From positions 24,926,001 through 24,990,000 of the forward strand of contig NC_086109.1 in assembly GCF_963921235.1 (NCBI RefSeq): DNA of 64,000 nucleotides. Direction: 5' to 3'. The notes beneath the pieces are model-generated. The model ran no database searches and was not told the DNA's origin. It saw only the letters and a program-made list of their open reading frames with translations. Below are positions 1 to 13,252 of the stretch, in pieces (within the stretch, counting starts at the first letter, position 1; every line of letters starts with the position of its first letter). Origin of the DNA: Mobula hypostoma (taxonomy: Eukaryota). The position numbers were made by a program, and so were the translations under genes.

Positions 1-1103
1 GAGCAGATTGTAATGTATTTTTATGTATGGAACCTGTTGTTCCCTCTATCCATGTGTGTGCTTATACTGCAGGTTTTGTGTTCTCCTGGTCTCGTGTTCT
101 CAGTGTGACTTTTAAAATTTATACAATTTGTCTTCTGTTGCATATTGGTTGTTGTCAGTCTTTGTCTATTTATATTTTTTCATAAATTCTACTGTATTTC
201 TTTGCTTACCTGTAAATGCCTGCAAGAAAAAAAGCTCAAGGTAGTTGATGGTAACCTGTACATACTTTGATAATAAATTTACTTTAACATTGACTTTTGA
301 CTTCTTGGCTGCATAAGTTGTTTGCTTCACCAATAAAGTAACAATTTCACAGACATTGTATTGTTCCAGGAACTTTGAACCTCAACATGCAAATAGTTAA
401 GGTGCTATTCTGCAAAAAAAACCTCTTTGGGTGTGTATGCTAAATTATTATAGTAAAGAAAGAGGCTATTCAGCCCATTAAATCTATGTTGGCTCCTGTA
501 TTTTCCTGTAATTACTGTAATGTCCCTCTTTCACCTGCCCATCAACATCTCTTTCACACACTTACCATGATCTACATTAGGAACTATTCATAGTAACCAA
601 TTAATCTACCCACGCAATTTTGGGATGTGGCAGTACACTGGAACAATAGGAGGTCACAGGGAGAATGGGCAAACTTTTGGTCAAGATGGCGCCCAGGTCA
701 CTGGAGACAGTAGCAATAATGACTATGTCTCTGTGGCATAACTCCATTCATTCAGAAGTTGTTACAGGACCTCCCACCCCACTCATTCCAGCAGCATCCC
801 ACCCCCTCGTGTCTCTGCTGTAAGTATCAAACCCCAGAGACAACTATAGATAGGAATCCTTTCCAGATTGAAACTGGTCATTCAAAGTGAGAGCAAGCAA
901 GATTGAAATGAAAGAGATAAAAAAAGAGAGCATGGACTTGCCAGACAATGAGAATTGGCTTGACAGGGCAAATAGTAGAACAGCTAGTGTCTGCAATTGC
1001 TTGTATTTTTGGGATAAATACTGGAAAACATTTCCCCTAGATTCAAGAAAAAACAAAGGCAATTATAATGCCAAGTGGTCAGTGTGGTGTGGCTTTAGTG
1101 TTG

Positions 1104-1545
1104 CTATGTTGATATAGAGATTATGGTTGTGGAGACTGACTCAGGGGAAGTAGTTGTTCTTAACCTGGTGGAGTGGGATGTCAGGCTTCTGTACCACCTG
1201 TCTGCTGGTAGATGCAAGAAGATGGCAAGGCACAGATGACGAGTATCATTGATGATAGGTGTTGCCTTCTTGAGGCAGCACTTCACGTAGATATGTCTGC
1301 TGGTGGAGACGGATGTGCCCGAGAATTATTCCGGTGAGTCCACCACTACTCTCTGCAGCTTCTTATATCACTGCTCATTCAAATTGATGCACCAGACCAC
1401 AATGCAACCAGTTCAGATACTTTCATCAGTACATCGGCAGAAGTATGTTCGAGTGTTTGGCAAGTCACCTCCTTAAACATCTAAGAAATCAAAGACACTG
1501 GAGTGCCATCCTTATGATTGTACGTATGCGCAGGGCCCATGATCT
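1104..1545 (-). mobile_element. Rex1/Babar LINE 3' fragment
   Basis: CCLKKATPIINDTRH...LPADRWYRSLTSHSTRLRTT resembles the Rex1/Babar ORF C-terminus also seen at 30019-30372. Confidence 0.65.
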
Positions 1546-1699
1546 TGAAGGGCAAGACAACAGTGGAGGGTAATGAAATGGTAAATGATAACAGAGCCAG
1601 TCAAGAAGGATTAGATTCTACAGTATACAATCCCATATACCTGTGATGTAAGACGCCCACTGACAAAGGCAGTCTGTGATCCATTTGAGTTGACATCAC

Positions 1700-4600
1700 A
1701 CAGAATTATCTACTGTATGAAGCTTAAGTTTAAAAGTGAGGTAGCAGATATAAGTTATAAGCAGTTTAAAATTACATAGCAGAATGTATCCAATTAGAGT
1801 CAGTGCAGGGAAAAATATTAAAAAGAGACAAAATTGAAGCAGCACTCTGAAGTTGATAGATGAATTAATAGCACAGGTAGAAATAAATGAGTACAATTTA
1901 ATACCCATTGCCAAGATTTGGTTTCAAAATGACGAAGGCTGGAAATTAAATATACTAGGAACTTTCAAAAACAGGAGGCAAGATGGAAAAGGGAGAGGGG
2001 GTATCCTGATATTAAATGATAGGGAAAAGGCATCAGTGAGAAAGAGTGATTGTGCAAAAATCAAGTAGAATCAATGTGGATGAAGCTAAGTAACACCGAA
2101 GGACAAACAACATTTGTGCGAGCTGTCTATGGGCCCTTACATAGTATTGGCAATGTAGAGTGCAGCATAAATTAGGTTATTAGGACATGTAACAAGGGTA
2201 ATATAATAATCATGGCTAAACCAAATAAGTAGCAATTGTACGGAGAATACATTCATGAACTTCATAAGAGATGGTTTTCCACATGTTTGTTGATGAAGCA
2301 ACAAGGGTAATGGGTTATTTTAGATCAAGTGTTGTGCAATGAGAGAAGATTAGCTAATAATATGTTAGTTAAGAGGCCGTTAGGGAAGAACAATTATAAT
2401 ATAGAATTTCATATAAAGATTGAAAGTGATTTAGTCCAATTGAAATCAGAATCTTAAACCTAACTAGAGCAAAATACAAAAGCATGAGGCGTGAGCTGGT
2501 TACTGTATATTGCAAAACTTCATGAACAGGTATGATAGTAAATTGGAAATGTCTAATACAGTACTTAAATAATTAAACATGGTTTATAATAAATACATTT
2601 CCTTTAAGGCACAGAAGATCAACTTGAAAGGCATTCCAACCATGACTGATAAGAGAAGTTAAAGATAGCTCTGGACAAGAGGAAAACAGTTTTAGATTAA
2701 AGATATAAGTTTATAATATTGCCAAAGAAGATATAAAGCCTGAGATGTGGGAAAACAAAAGGAGGACAAAGAGACGAATTAGCAAAAGAAAAATTAAAAG
2801 CAAAGCAGATTTTTGATGCATGAAATGATAAAGATTTGTTAAAGTGAATGTGAATCTCTTCTCGTGGAGACAGAAGAAATTATATTAGGCCATGAACAAG
2901 TGGCAGAAGAAATAAATGAGTATTTCAGATTACCTTCACAGAAGAAGGTACACCATATCTGGTATATTGTGGCATAGAACAGGTCTATATTGAATGAGGA
3001 ATTAGCATTAGTAGAAAAAAAATGGAAAAATTGATGGGATCTAAAACTGGTAAAACCTGGAAAAATAATTGATAAATTCCCAAGATCTAAAACGGCAGCT
3101 CATAAAAAGTAGAAGCAGGAGCTTCTACTTCTAAGATGGACCATAGCCCTCCATATCCCTCCTATCCAAGTGTCTATCAAAACTTCTCTTAAATGCTGCG
3201 GTCGAAACTACAATCACCATTTCCTCTGGCAGCTCATTCGACACTCACACCACCCTCTCAGAAAATCCTCCCCAGAATTCCCTTATATATTTCACCTTTC
3301 ACCCTTAACCTAAGGCCTCTAATTTTAGTCTCACCTAACCTCAGCGGAAATAACCTACTTGCATTTAGCCAATCTATACCCCTCATAATTAGTAGTAGGG
3401 AAAATGTTGGAATCTATTATTAAGGAGATAACAGAAAATAATAATAGCAGTGAGCTGAACCAGTGTGGATTTATGTAACGGAAATAATGTTTGACAGCTG
3501 TTTCAGGCTGCAACCATTTGGATAAGAAAAGAGGAATCAGTTGATGTGATGAATATGGACTTTCTTAAGCCTTTAAAAATGTGGCACATCAAGATTATTA
3601 AATAAAATCAGGGCACCTGGGATTGAAAATAATACGCTTACATGAATTGATAATTGGTTAGTAGACTGAAAATTTTCTGGTTGAAAATCTATCACTTACA
3701 TGTTGTTGGCAAGATTAGTGCTTGGATCCCAGCTCTTTGCAATCAATATCGATAAGCTAGATGAGGAGATCAAGTGTAACATATCCAAGTTTGTTGATGT
3801 TACCCAGTTAGTTGCCAATGTGACTTATGAGGAGAATGAGAGGAGACTTCAGGGACAGAGATGGATAAATTAAAATGCCAATGATATGACATTTTGGAAC
3901 ATAATATTGAAAACTATGAGGTCATCCACATCAGTGGTAGCCAACCTCTGGGCCGCAGACCAATACTGATCCGTGAAGCATGCAGAGGTGCAGCAGTAGC
4001 TGGAACGCACCCAGCGCATCTTTAAGGAAAAAGCTGAAATAAACAAGGTAATTAATTACGTGCCGGGTGGCACCTAATTAATAAGCTTGTTTATTTCGTT
4101 TTTTTCTTAAAGATGTCCTGGGTGCGTCCCGGCTACCGCTGCATCTCTGCATGCTTCATGGAAAGGTATCGGTCCGCGGCCCGGAGGTTGGGGACCACTG
4201 ATCCACATTGATTAAAAAAAATATAGAAAGGCAGAGCTCTTTTTTAAGTGGTGTAAGGCTGAAAGGTACAGATTTAGAATGATATGGTTGTCTTGGTAAC
4301 CAAATGAATTTAGAGCTAATATGCAGGAACAGCAATCATTTAGGCAGACAAATGATGTTTGGCATTTACTGCAAGAGGATGTGTATACAAGGGTGAAGTC
4401 TTACAGCTAGAAATCTGTGTACAAGAGTGGTCATTGAATACAGGGAAAGATATAATTGTGTGAGAGAGAGTGCAACAAAGATTTAGTATATTGGGGCCTA
4501 CAAAGTTTGCTTGTCCCATTAGAGAGATGAAGCAGCTTGGGCCTAGATTTACATGGATTTAGAAGAGTGAAATGATATCTCATTGAAACATGAAATTGTT

Positions 4601-4960
4601 TTTTCATGGCTTGGCGGGGTAGGTGCACAGATGATATTCCCCTGGCTGGGGTGTCTGGAACTAGGGGACAAAGACTCCAAGTAAGACGTCAGCCATTCAG
4701 ATTGGAGATGGGGAATAATGTATCCTTGCAGGTGGTACTGAATCTTTGTAATTCTTTAATCGAGAGCATCTGTAGAGATTCACTCATTAACATATCTTCA
4801 AGACAGAACTGATAGTTCTTTTTTTGCTGATTTATTGAAACAAGGGATATGAAGTTATGAGAAAAGTGGGACCGAGGTAAAAGGTTAGCTGTAATCATAT
4901 TGAATGGCCCACTAGGCACGAGGGGCCAACGTGCCTTCTCCTGCTTCTATTTACTGTACG
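1700..4960 (+). mobile_element. Old degenerate CR1 LINE with nested insertions
   Basis: IDELIAQVEINEYNLIPIAKIWFQ...RQDGKGRGG (APE N-terminus), later RT and C-terminal remnants, many stops. Boundaries approximate. Confidence 0.75.
3932..4200. mobile_element. Palindromic hAT (Charlie-like) MITE
   Basis: Ends cagtggtagccaacct / aggttggggaccactg; 8-bp TSD atccacat (3924-3931, 4201-4208); the whole 269 bp is an imperfect inverted repeat. Confidence 0.9.
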
Positions 4961-5740
4961 TCTTTGATTCCTTTAGATGAGAGGGCAATAAAAAGGGTGA
5001 AAAGATTTAGATTAACTGGGAGAAGGTTCAGAGGAGGTTCATTTCCACTCATTGAGGATTAGAGTTCTATAATCCCCTGAGTGAAAGGATAATGGACACA
5101 CAATCACTTACCAGATTCAAAACATAACTAGATAACCAAATGAAGAGCCGTGAACCAAGAGTTGGAGAGGGCGCAGAAAAGATTCACAAGGATGTTGTCT
5201 GGGCTGGAGGGCTTGAGTTACCAGGAGAGATTGGATAAGCTGAGTCTGTTTTCCTGCAGTGATAGAGGCTGAGAAATTACATAATAGATATACATAAAAT
5301 TATGAGAGGTCTCGATAAGGTAGATAGCCCGTGTCTATATCCAAAAGGAGGGGAGGATAGAGGTTAAAGGTGAGAGTGAGGAGGTTGAAAGCGGATTTGA
5401 GCACAAAGTGTAGTTTGTATCTGGAATAAGCTGCTAGCAGAGATGGTGGAAGTAGGAACAGCCACAATATTTGAGGAGCAGCTGAACAGGTACTCGAATG
5501 AACAAGGCATAGAAGGATACAGAATTAATGCAGGCAAGTAGTATAGACAACTATGATTATCATCATGGACGCAGTTTTCTGAATGGTCTCATTTGCTTCA
5601 AATTTCTATGGTCTATGGTCTTCAATTTCAAGTGCAAATTTAATCGTCATTCAGCCATACACATGTATACAACTAAACAAAACATCATTCCTCTGGGAGG
5701 TCAAGGTGTAAAACGTAGCACATATGGTCACAAAATAATA

Positions 5741-6668
5741 TGTGCTGAGTACCCCTCATCTAAAAATCCAAAATCAGAAAACCTCTGCAATCCAACGTTT
5801 TTGATTGCTGACATGACATCACAAATGGAAAATTCCACAAGCCACTAGGAAAGTTCCCAGGTGATGCTTCAGTCTCTGTGAGCCACAGACAGTTCTGAAA
5901 AGTGATCTCACAAATGTAGTGGACACAAATTAAAGAAAAATCGAGAAATACTGCGTAAAGTGAAAAATGACAATCTTCATCATGTGTTGAAAGAATGGAT
6001 TCATCAGCGTCGGAGTTAACATGCGCCGCTTAGCAGTATGCTGATCATGAATTAAGATCTATCATGGCAAACTGAAAATTGAAGATAATTGTGAATATTC
6101 AGCAGCTGGTTCAGAAATTTAAGAAAAAGCAAGGCATTAAATTTTTAAATATTTGTGGTGATAAAGCGTCCGCTGATCATGAAGCAGCAGAGAAATGTAT
6201 TGAGGAGTTTGCCAAGATCGTCGCTGATGAACATCTAACACCAGAACGACTCTACAGTGCTGATTGTTCTTATACCTTACATAACATCTAAAAAAAAAGT
6301 AAAGTACAAATACAGTGTTCTGTAACCTTTTAATCAAAACATGGCATCATGGGTGGAGAATGAAAGCCTGACGTTGTTTGTTGTTCCCTGTGTGTTGCTT
6401 TTGTTACCCTACACACATTATATTTTCATTATATTAAAGATTGCAATAAATGTTACTGTAAAGTATATATGTGTGATGAACAAGTGTAGGACAAAGACTG
6501 CTTACCAGTTGTGCATAAGTTCAGAGATGGAAATTATAGTGATATAAAGCTATCTCATTTTAGACTCCAAAATCTCCAAAATATTCCAAAATATTTCAAA
6601 ATCTCAAACCATCCAAAATCCAAAACACTTCCAGCTCCAAGCATTTCAGATAATGAGTACTCCTCTTG
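5741..6668 (+). mobile_element. Tigger/pogo-family (Tigger4/Zombi-like) deleted DNA transposon
   Basis: Degenerate TIRs (tgagtacccctcatc / gataatgagtactc) flanked by TA. Transposase remnant QKFKKKQGIKFLNICGDKASADHEAAEKCIEEFAKIVADEHLTPERLYSAD. Confidence 0.85.
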
Positions 6669-7807
6669 TATTAGTACAAGTCTGTGAGTGGCATGGCCTG
6701 AAGATTGATGATCAATGCAACGTTGTTTTGGAGCCATGTTTCTTCAAGAACAACTACACAGCAGTTTCTCATCTCATGCTGGTTCAGTCACAGATGAAGT
6801 CAATCTAGCTATGCCTCTGTTCTCTCCCTGACGCCTCTGGCACCTCCTCCCTTGGGTGGCTGGAAAGACGATGTCATGGCATAAGGTCCTGGTCTGCTCA
6901 GCAACCAAGGCCCACTGTTGGTACTGCCAATGAATCAGCAATCAGACTTGGAGTGTTTTGCATTGCCAGAGTCCAACAGGATCTTGCAATCACAAGAAAA
7001 ATGGTTAAGCACACATTTGCACTATTTGTTGGACATGGAGAGGCCACTGCAACCAAGCATGCTTCCATCTTACTAGATATTTAAGCTCTGGTTTTACTTT
7101 GGATTTCCAACATCTGCAACAAAATGGTGCAGATGCATAAAATCTAATCAGAGCTTTTCCCAAAAAAAGCATAAGTTCCAACCCATTTCGTTTGGTAGTG
7201 AAGGGTTTGGAGCTTGGTGTTATTACCTGTTCCATTTATTTTCTTGAGTAGATGCAGCCTCAGCATCTCAAGTGCTTGCTCAAGAGAACAGTTTCTGACA
7301 TCTGGCGTCATTTGAGTGAACCTAAAACATCCAGGCTTTGTGCCTCTAATTTCCTCTGACTCTAACTGAGGCATTATTAAAATGTTTTGATTAAGTAGGT
7401 CCACACAGAACAACAAGCATTTCCTGAATGTAGAAAACTAGTGCCTAGTCCCCTCCACAGGGCAAGTATACTGGCCCTACAACCCAGAGGTCACGGATCA
7501 AAGCCATCCTCTGTTCGGGTTTGAGTCCATTGGGGAGGGCAAAGCCTGGAGTCTGCAGGCCCGAGTCCATGTCCGCTGGAGGCCTGTTGCGAGGTTAAAT
7601 GACTGTGCAAGTGTGTAGGTGGGAGAGAGGAACAGGGCTTGATTTTCTTGTTATTCTTTGTTGCTTGTTGGTGCCGGAATGTGTGACAACACTTTCAAGT
7701 TGCCCCCAGCACACCCTCAAGTGTGTTGGTTATTAATGCAAATGACACATTTCACTGTATGGTTCGATGTACTTGTGACGAATAAACTTAACTCTTGACT
7801 CTCGAGC

Positions 7808-8130
7808 AGTGGCACAGTTAATCAGGCGCTCTCACATCTCCAGTGATGTGGGTTCAAACTTGACCCTGGTGCTCTATACATGGAATAGGCACGTTCTCCG
7901 GGTGACTGTGTGCATTTCCTCAGGACCTTTGTTTCTCTCCCATATCCCTAAAACTGTGCAGTTCGGTAGGTTAATCAGCCGCTGTAGCTTGCCCCTTGTG
8001 TGTAGGTAAGTGGTAGACCCTGGAGGAAATAGATGGGAATGTAGGGAGAACAAAATGGGTCAGTGCAGGATTAATGTAGGTGGGTGGGTAGGCGTGCACT
8101 TGATGGGCAAAAGGGCCTTTTTCTACACAA
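7808..8130 (+). mobile_element. V-SINE (HE1-like) copy
   Basis: tRNA-like head (gtggcacagt...gggttcaaac) followed by V-domain-like gttctccgggtgactgtgtgcatttcctcagga...ggtaggttaatc. Confidence 0.65.
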
Positions 8131-8970
8131 GATGTTTGCAGTGATTTTTTTTATATTCTTCTTCCTCTGTTTCCTATCTTTGTCACTCTGAAGACCCAAC
8201 CACATCTCCTTCTTCCATAACCCCATCTCTGCCCTTCCACTAAACTCACCTATCCCTCCCCAGATTCCTTCCCTCTCCCAATTCCCAGCCCTGCCCATGA
8301 TATTCCCCCTCCCTCTCCCCTTTCCCTGTGCACACTCCTTCCTCACACTCTCTCCCTTGCCCTCCCCTATTACACTCTCTGTCTACACCTGGCCCTTTAA
8401 TCCTGCACTCCTTTGCCCTTACTTCTCAGATCTTTCACTCATATAAATTGGACCTGTATATAGAAGAGACAAGAGCTGGCCTCTGAGAACAGGAGTAGGT
8501 TATTCAGTCCAGTAAGCCTACGCTGCCTCTGAGGAAGAAATGTCCAATTCCCCTATTCTATATTGGCTCTCTAGCTCTTCCATCTATTGGTTAATTTTGT
8601 ATCCCCACCTTATTATTAATACTCTCTCCATCTATGCTCTTCAAATCCATCAACGACACCATCAATTCTCCTCCAGATCCCTGAGGTTCTGAAGAGCAAA
8701 CTCCAGCCTCTTGTTGTAGCCTCAGCCCAGAATCTGTCCAGACAGGATCCTTGTTCCCTTTCCAAGATCTTCCTGCAACAACAGAAATAGTCTCACCAAG
8801 AATCAGGCCAGCGTTTTGTACCCAAGGCTTTTCCTATAAAATAAACAACTTAATTAAATCAAAATATAAAATATTAAATCCACACATATTCATTTATCAG
8901 TTTATTTGTTCTTTATAGAACGTTTGTTGAATGTTCCAGGCTGGTAGGACCAATTGTTGAGTAGACCATT

Positions 8971-8989
8971 ATTGCCATCTAGTGGCAAT
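8971..8989 (-). promoter_or_regulatory. Candidate CTCF site
   Basis: Minus strand TTGCCACTAGATGGCAAT contains the CCACTAGATGGC CTCF core. Confidence 0.5.
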
Positions 8990-9229
8990 ACTGTTTAAAA
9001 GCAGGCCTCATGTGAAGCTCCATTCGGCCTGCAAGGTATAACAATTGAGTGCAGGGATTGAGCTGAGATCCACTGAGAAATGATGAGTGGCTGTCCGTAT
9101 CACTTGCACCATTGTGCTGTGGGTATCTGAGTTTAGGCGGATCGAGCTGAAGGAGTCTCAGATTTGATTTATTAAGTAATTTGGATCTTCAATCTAATCT
9201 TAGTCATTGTAACTTGGAAAATATGCCCA

Positions 9230-9625
9230 ACACACAAAAAATACTGGAGGAACTCAGCAGGTCAGGCAACATCTATGTAGAAGAATGACCAGTTGACGTT
9301 TTGGGTCAAGGCCCTTCATCAGGGTTGGAAAGAAAAGAAGAAGAAGTCAGAATAAGAAGTTGGGGAAGTAGAAGGAGGACAAGCTGATAGGTGATAGGTG
9401 AGACCAGATGAGGGGGAAGGTGGATGGGTGCGAGGTACAGGGGAAATGAAGTACAAAGCTGATAGGTGATAGGTGGAAAAAGTAAAGGTCGGAAAAAGGA
9501 TTCTGATAGAGAGAGAAGTAGACCATGGAAGAAAGGGAAGGAGGAGGGGCACCAAAGGGAGGTGATGGGCAAATGAGGAGAAAAATGAGAGAGGAATCAG
9601 AATAGGAAATCAATGAAGGTTGGAG
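9230..9625 (-). mobile_element. Penelope-like pLTR / non-autonomous element
   Basis: Same family as 47695-48065 and 58200-58565; carries a hammerhead-like CTGATGA...AAAACGTC on the minus strand. Confidence 0.7.
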
Positions 9626-10749
9626 AAATTGGTGCTCATGCCATCCATTAGTTCCATAAGATCTCACTGCTTTATCCCTGACCATGCCTTTGTCAGTGAC
9701 CCAACTTCCACTGTGTTCATCTTCCATTTGTAACACGATAATCAGTTTCATAAATCCATCAGTGTTTCAGTGCAAATGAAATTTATATTTTCTGGAATGA
9801 AACAAAATGATGGGGTTAAAATAGAAAAGTACAACCGAGGAAGAGGCCCTTCAACCCACAATGTCTGTGCTGGACATGATGCCAAAGGAATCTAATCACT
9901 TCCACCTGCATATGATCCAGAGTCCTTCATATTGATGCAATTACGAAGAAGGCACGACAGCAGTTATATTTCATTAGGAGTTTGAGGAGAATTGGAATGT
10001 CTCCAAAAGACACTTGCAAATTTCTACAGATGTACCATGGAGACCATTCTAACTGGTTTCACTACAGTATGGTATGGAGGGACCGCTGCACGGGGTCAAA
10101 GAAATAGCTGTAGAAAGTTGTAAACTCAGCCAGCTCCATCATGGGTACTAGACTCCCCTGCATCCATGACACCTTCAAAAGGTGATGCTTCAAAAAGGCA
10201 GCCTGCATCATTATGGACCCTCATCACCCAGGATATCCCTCTTCTCATTGCTACCATTAAGGGGGAGGAACAGGAGCCTAAAGACGCATACTCAACATAT
10301 ACATATATATGAGACACGTTTATTGCAACTTAAAGTTTTCACTACTATGTACAGCTGCAAAATAAGAAAATTTCACGACATACACTGACCCCTGTGGAAC
10401 TCACTGGTAACCAGCAGCCAGCCAGAATAGGATCCCTTTGTCAGTGATATTAAACTTGATTCTGTATCTGACTCTGACAGCCTCACAAATGTTACTGCGG
10501 AACTTGCTTCCACTAATATCACCACAGGCCTGTTGCAAGCATCTACCACTCTCAGTGTAAAATACTTGTCTTGCACATCCTCTTTAAACTTTCTCCGTCT
10601 CATCTCAAAAACATGCCAGCTAGTATTTCACTTGAATGTGTTCTTGCTACTCTGAGAATTTGATCAGGCACGTTGTAATGTCAGAGGGCATTGCAAAGTC
10701 TATACAGAACAACACATTGGGATAAATACAAGCTGGCTTTTTGCACTGG

Positions 10750-12190
10750 CAGATGGTCAGTGCTGAGGGAGTATCATACTGACTGAAGGAGTGTGGTACA
10801 GTCAGAGTGTCCGTGCACAGTGATTGTTGTACAGTCAAAGGGTCAGTGCTGAGAGTCTGGTACAGTCACAAGGTCAGTGCTGAGGGAATGTTGTACTAAC
10901 AGAGGGACAGTGCTGACAGAGTGTTTTAGAGTCAGAGGGTCAGTGCTGAGGGAGTGTAGTGCAGAGGGAGTGTGGTGCAGTCAGAGGGACAGTTGTGAGA
11001 GTGTGTTGTACTAACAGAGGGACCGTGCTGAGGGAGTGTTGTACTGACAGAGGCTCAGTAATGAGGGAGTGTTGTACTGACAGAGGCTCAGTGATGAGGG
11101 AGTGTTTTACTCTCAGAGGCTCAGTGATGAGGGAGTGTTTTACTGTCAGAGGCTCAGTGATGAGGGAGTGTTGTATTGACAGAGGGTCAGTGATGAGGGA
11201 GTGTTTTACTGTCAGAGGCTCAGTGATGAGGGAGTGTTTTGCTGTCAGAGGCTCAGTGATAAGAGAGTGTTGTATTGACAGAGGGTCAGCGATAAGGGAA
11301 TGTTGTAGAGTCAGAGGGTCAATGCTGAGAGGGTGTTGGACTTACAGAGGGTCAGTGCTGAGCGATCGTTGAACTGACAGGTTTCAGATTTGAGGGAGTG
11401 TTGTACAGTTAGAAGGTCAATGCTGAGGGAGATTGTACACTCAGCTGGGGTGTTGTACAGTCAGAGGGTCAGTGCTGAGGGAATGTTGTACTGACAGAAT
11501 GTTAGTGCTGAGAGGCTGTTGTACAGTCAGAGAGATAGTGCTGAGAGAGTGCTGCGTAGTCAGAGAGTGAACGCTAATGAAGTGTTGTACAGTTGGAGGG
11601 TCAGTGCTGTGGGAGTGTCATACTGACAAAGAGACTGTTGATGGACTGTGGTACAGTCAGAAGGTGAATGCTGATGAAGTGTTTTACTGACAGAGGCTCA
11701 GCACTGAGGGAGTTTTATAGTGACAGGGTGTCAGCACTGAAGGAGCGTTGTACAGTCAGAGAGTCAGTGCTGAGGGAGTGTTGTACTGACAGAGGGTTTG
11801 TGCTGAGGGAGTGTGGTACAAGCAGAGGGACAGTGCTGAGAGTGTGTTGTACTTACAGAGGGTCAGTACTGAGGGAGTGTTGTACTGACAGAAGGTCAGT
11901 ACTGCAGGAGTGTTGTACAGTCAAAGGGTCAGTACTGCAGGAGTGTTGTATAATCAGAGGGTCAGTGCTGAGAGAGTATTGTACAGTCAGAGAGACGGTG
12001 CTGAGAGAGTGTTGTGCAGTCAGAGGGTGAATGCTGATTGAGTCTTGTATTGACAGAGGGTCAGTACTGCAGGAGTGTTAGAATGACAGATGTTCAGTGC
12101 TGAGGGAGTTTTGCAAAGTCAGAGGCTGAGTGTTGAGGGACTGTCGTACAGTCAGAGGGATGGTGCTGAGAGATTGTGCACTGTTGGAGA
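10750..12190. repeat. 33-bp minisatellite, roughly 40 degenerate units
   Basis: Unit approximately cagagggtcagtgctgagggagtgttgtac(agt/tga); produces 11-aa periodic ORFs. Confidence 0.95.
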
Positions 12191-13252
12191 GTCGGTGTGA
12201 GGCGTGTCACTCTTTCTGACTTGCCTTTCGGGTAAATCATTACATTTGAGGCTTGGGCCACCGAGTCCCATGACCAGCATGCAATCAAGCATTATTTCTC
12301 TGTTCATTTGGAATTCTGTTACGGTCCAATATTGCGAGTTAAAGAGCACGGGCAGCCGTCTTTCCAGCCATGCATCTCAGAAAGAGCAAACTCATCGGAA
12401 CCCAGATCTTCAGGCTTTGTGAGTCTGGAGGTGCTTCTGATTGCCAACACCTATTAGTATGAGGGATCCTTGCACTGAAAACTGATCGTGGGAAGAAACA
12501 AAAGATAGATTGAGCACTGACCTTTGTATTCCGACTGAGTCTTATTCTGCTGAAATGAACGGAACTTACATAAACATGGGTCCTGAACTTTATGTTTTTC
12601 CATGTTCAGTGAATCTGCTTGCATCTTCAGCAAATCTTCACTATGTAGGCATATTTTCAGTTTTGCCTTAGATAGTGTCCAGCAGGAGTTCCAGCTGTAC
12701 TGTCCAGTGAGCAGCCTTGACCCAGTAATGGTATCTGAAATCGAGCGCCAAATGCAGCCTTGCAGTCGGTCAGATCCCCGCCTTTCCTGGTCTAACCCTG
12801 CCCTCATGTGGTTCTTCATGGTTACTGCTCTTTGCGCAAATCCAGGGCCATCGTCTCTTGCCTCTCAGTGTTAATGTTGCCAGCTGCAACAGCCATGAAG
12901 TCAAACGGCGCGCAATCCCGCCCTCCAGCCCAACTCCTTCATGCCGATCAAGGTGTCCACCTAAGCTCAACCCATTTGCTCACGTTTGGTCCATATCCCT
13001 CTGAATCTTTCCCATGCACAATCATGTCCGCATACCTGTTAAATGTTGTTAACGTGCCTGTCTTAACTACACCTCTGTTAGCTCCTTCCATATACCGGTC
13101 ACTCTCTGGGTGAAGAAGTTGACCCTCAGGTTCCTATTAAACTTGCCCTCTCGCCTTTAACCTATGTCCCCTATTTCTTGATTCACCAACCTTGGGGAAC
13201 AGAAAAGGCACATTCACCCTACCTATGCCCCTCGTAATTTTATGGACCTCTG

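Noticed and set aside
844..1062. Hydrophobic ORF with an acceptor-like site near 1037
   Set aside because: No recognisable homology and no supported link to other exons.
9080..9130. C/D-box snoRNA (ATGATGA...CTGA)
   Set aside because: Too short, weak terminal stem, no recognised guide sequence.
10959..12030. Cys-rich repetitive ORFs, or a CRISPR-like array
   Set aside because: By-product of the 33-bp minisatellite; no unique spacers; eukaryotic context.
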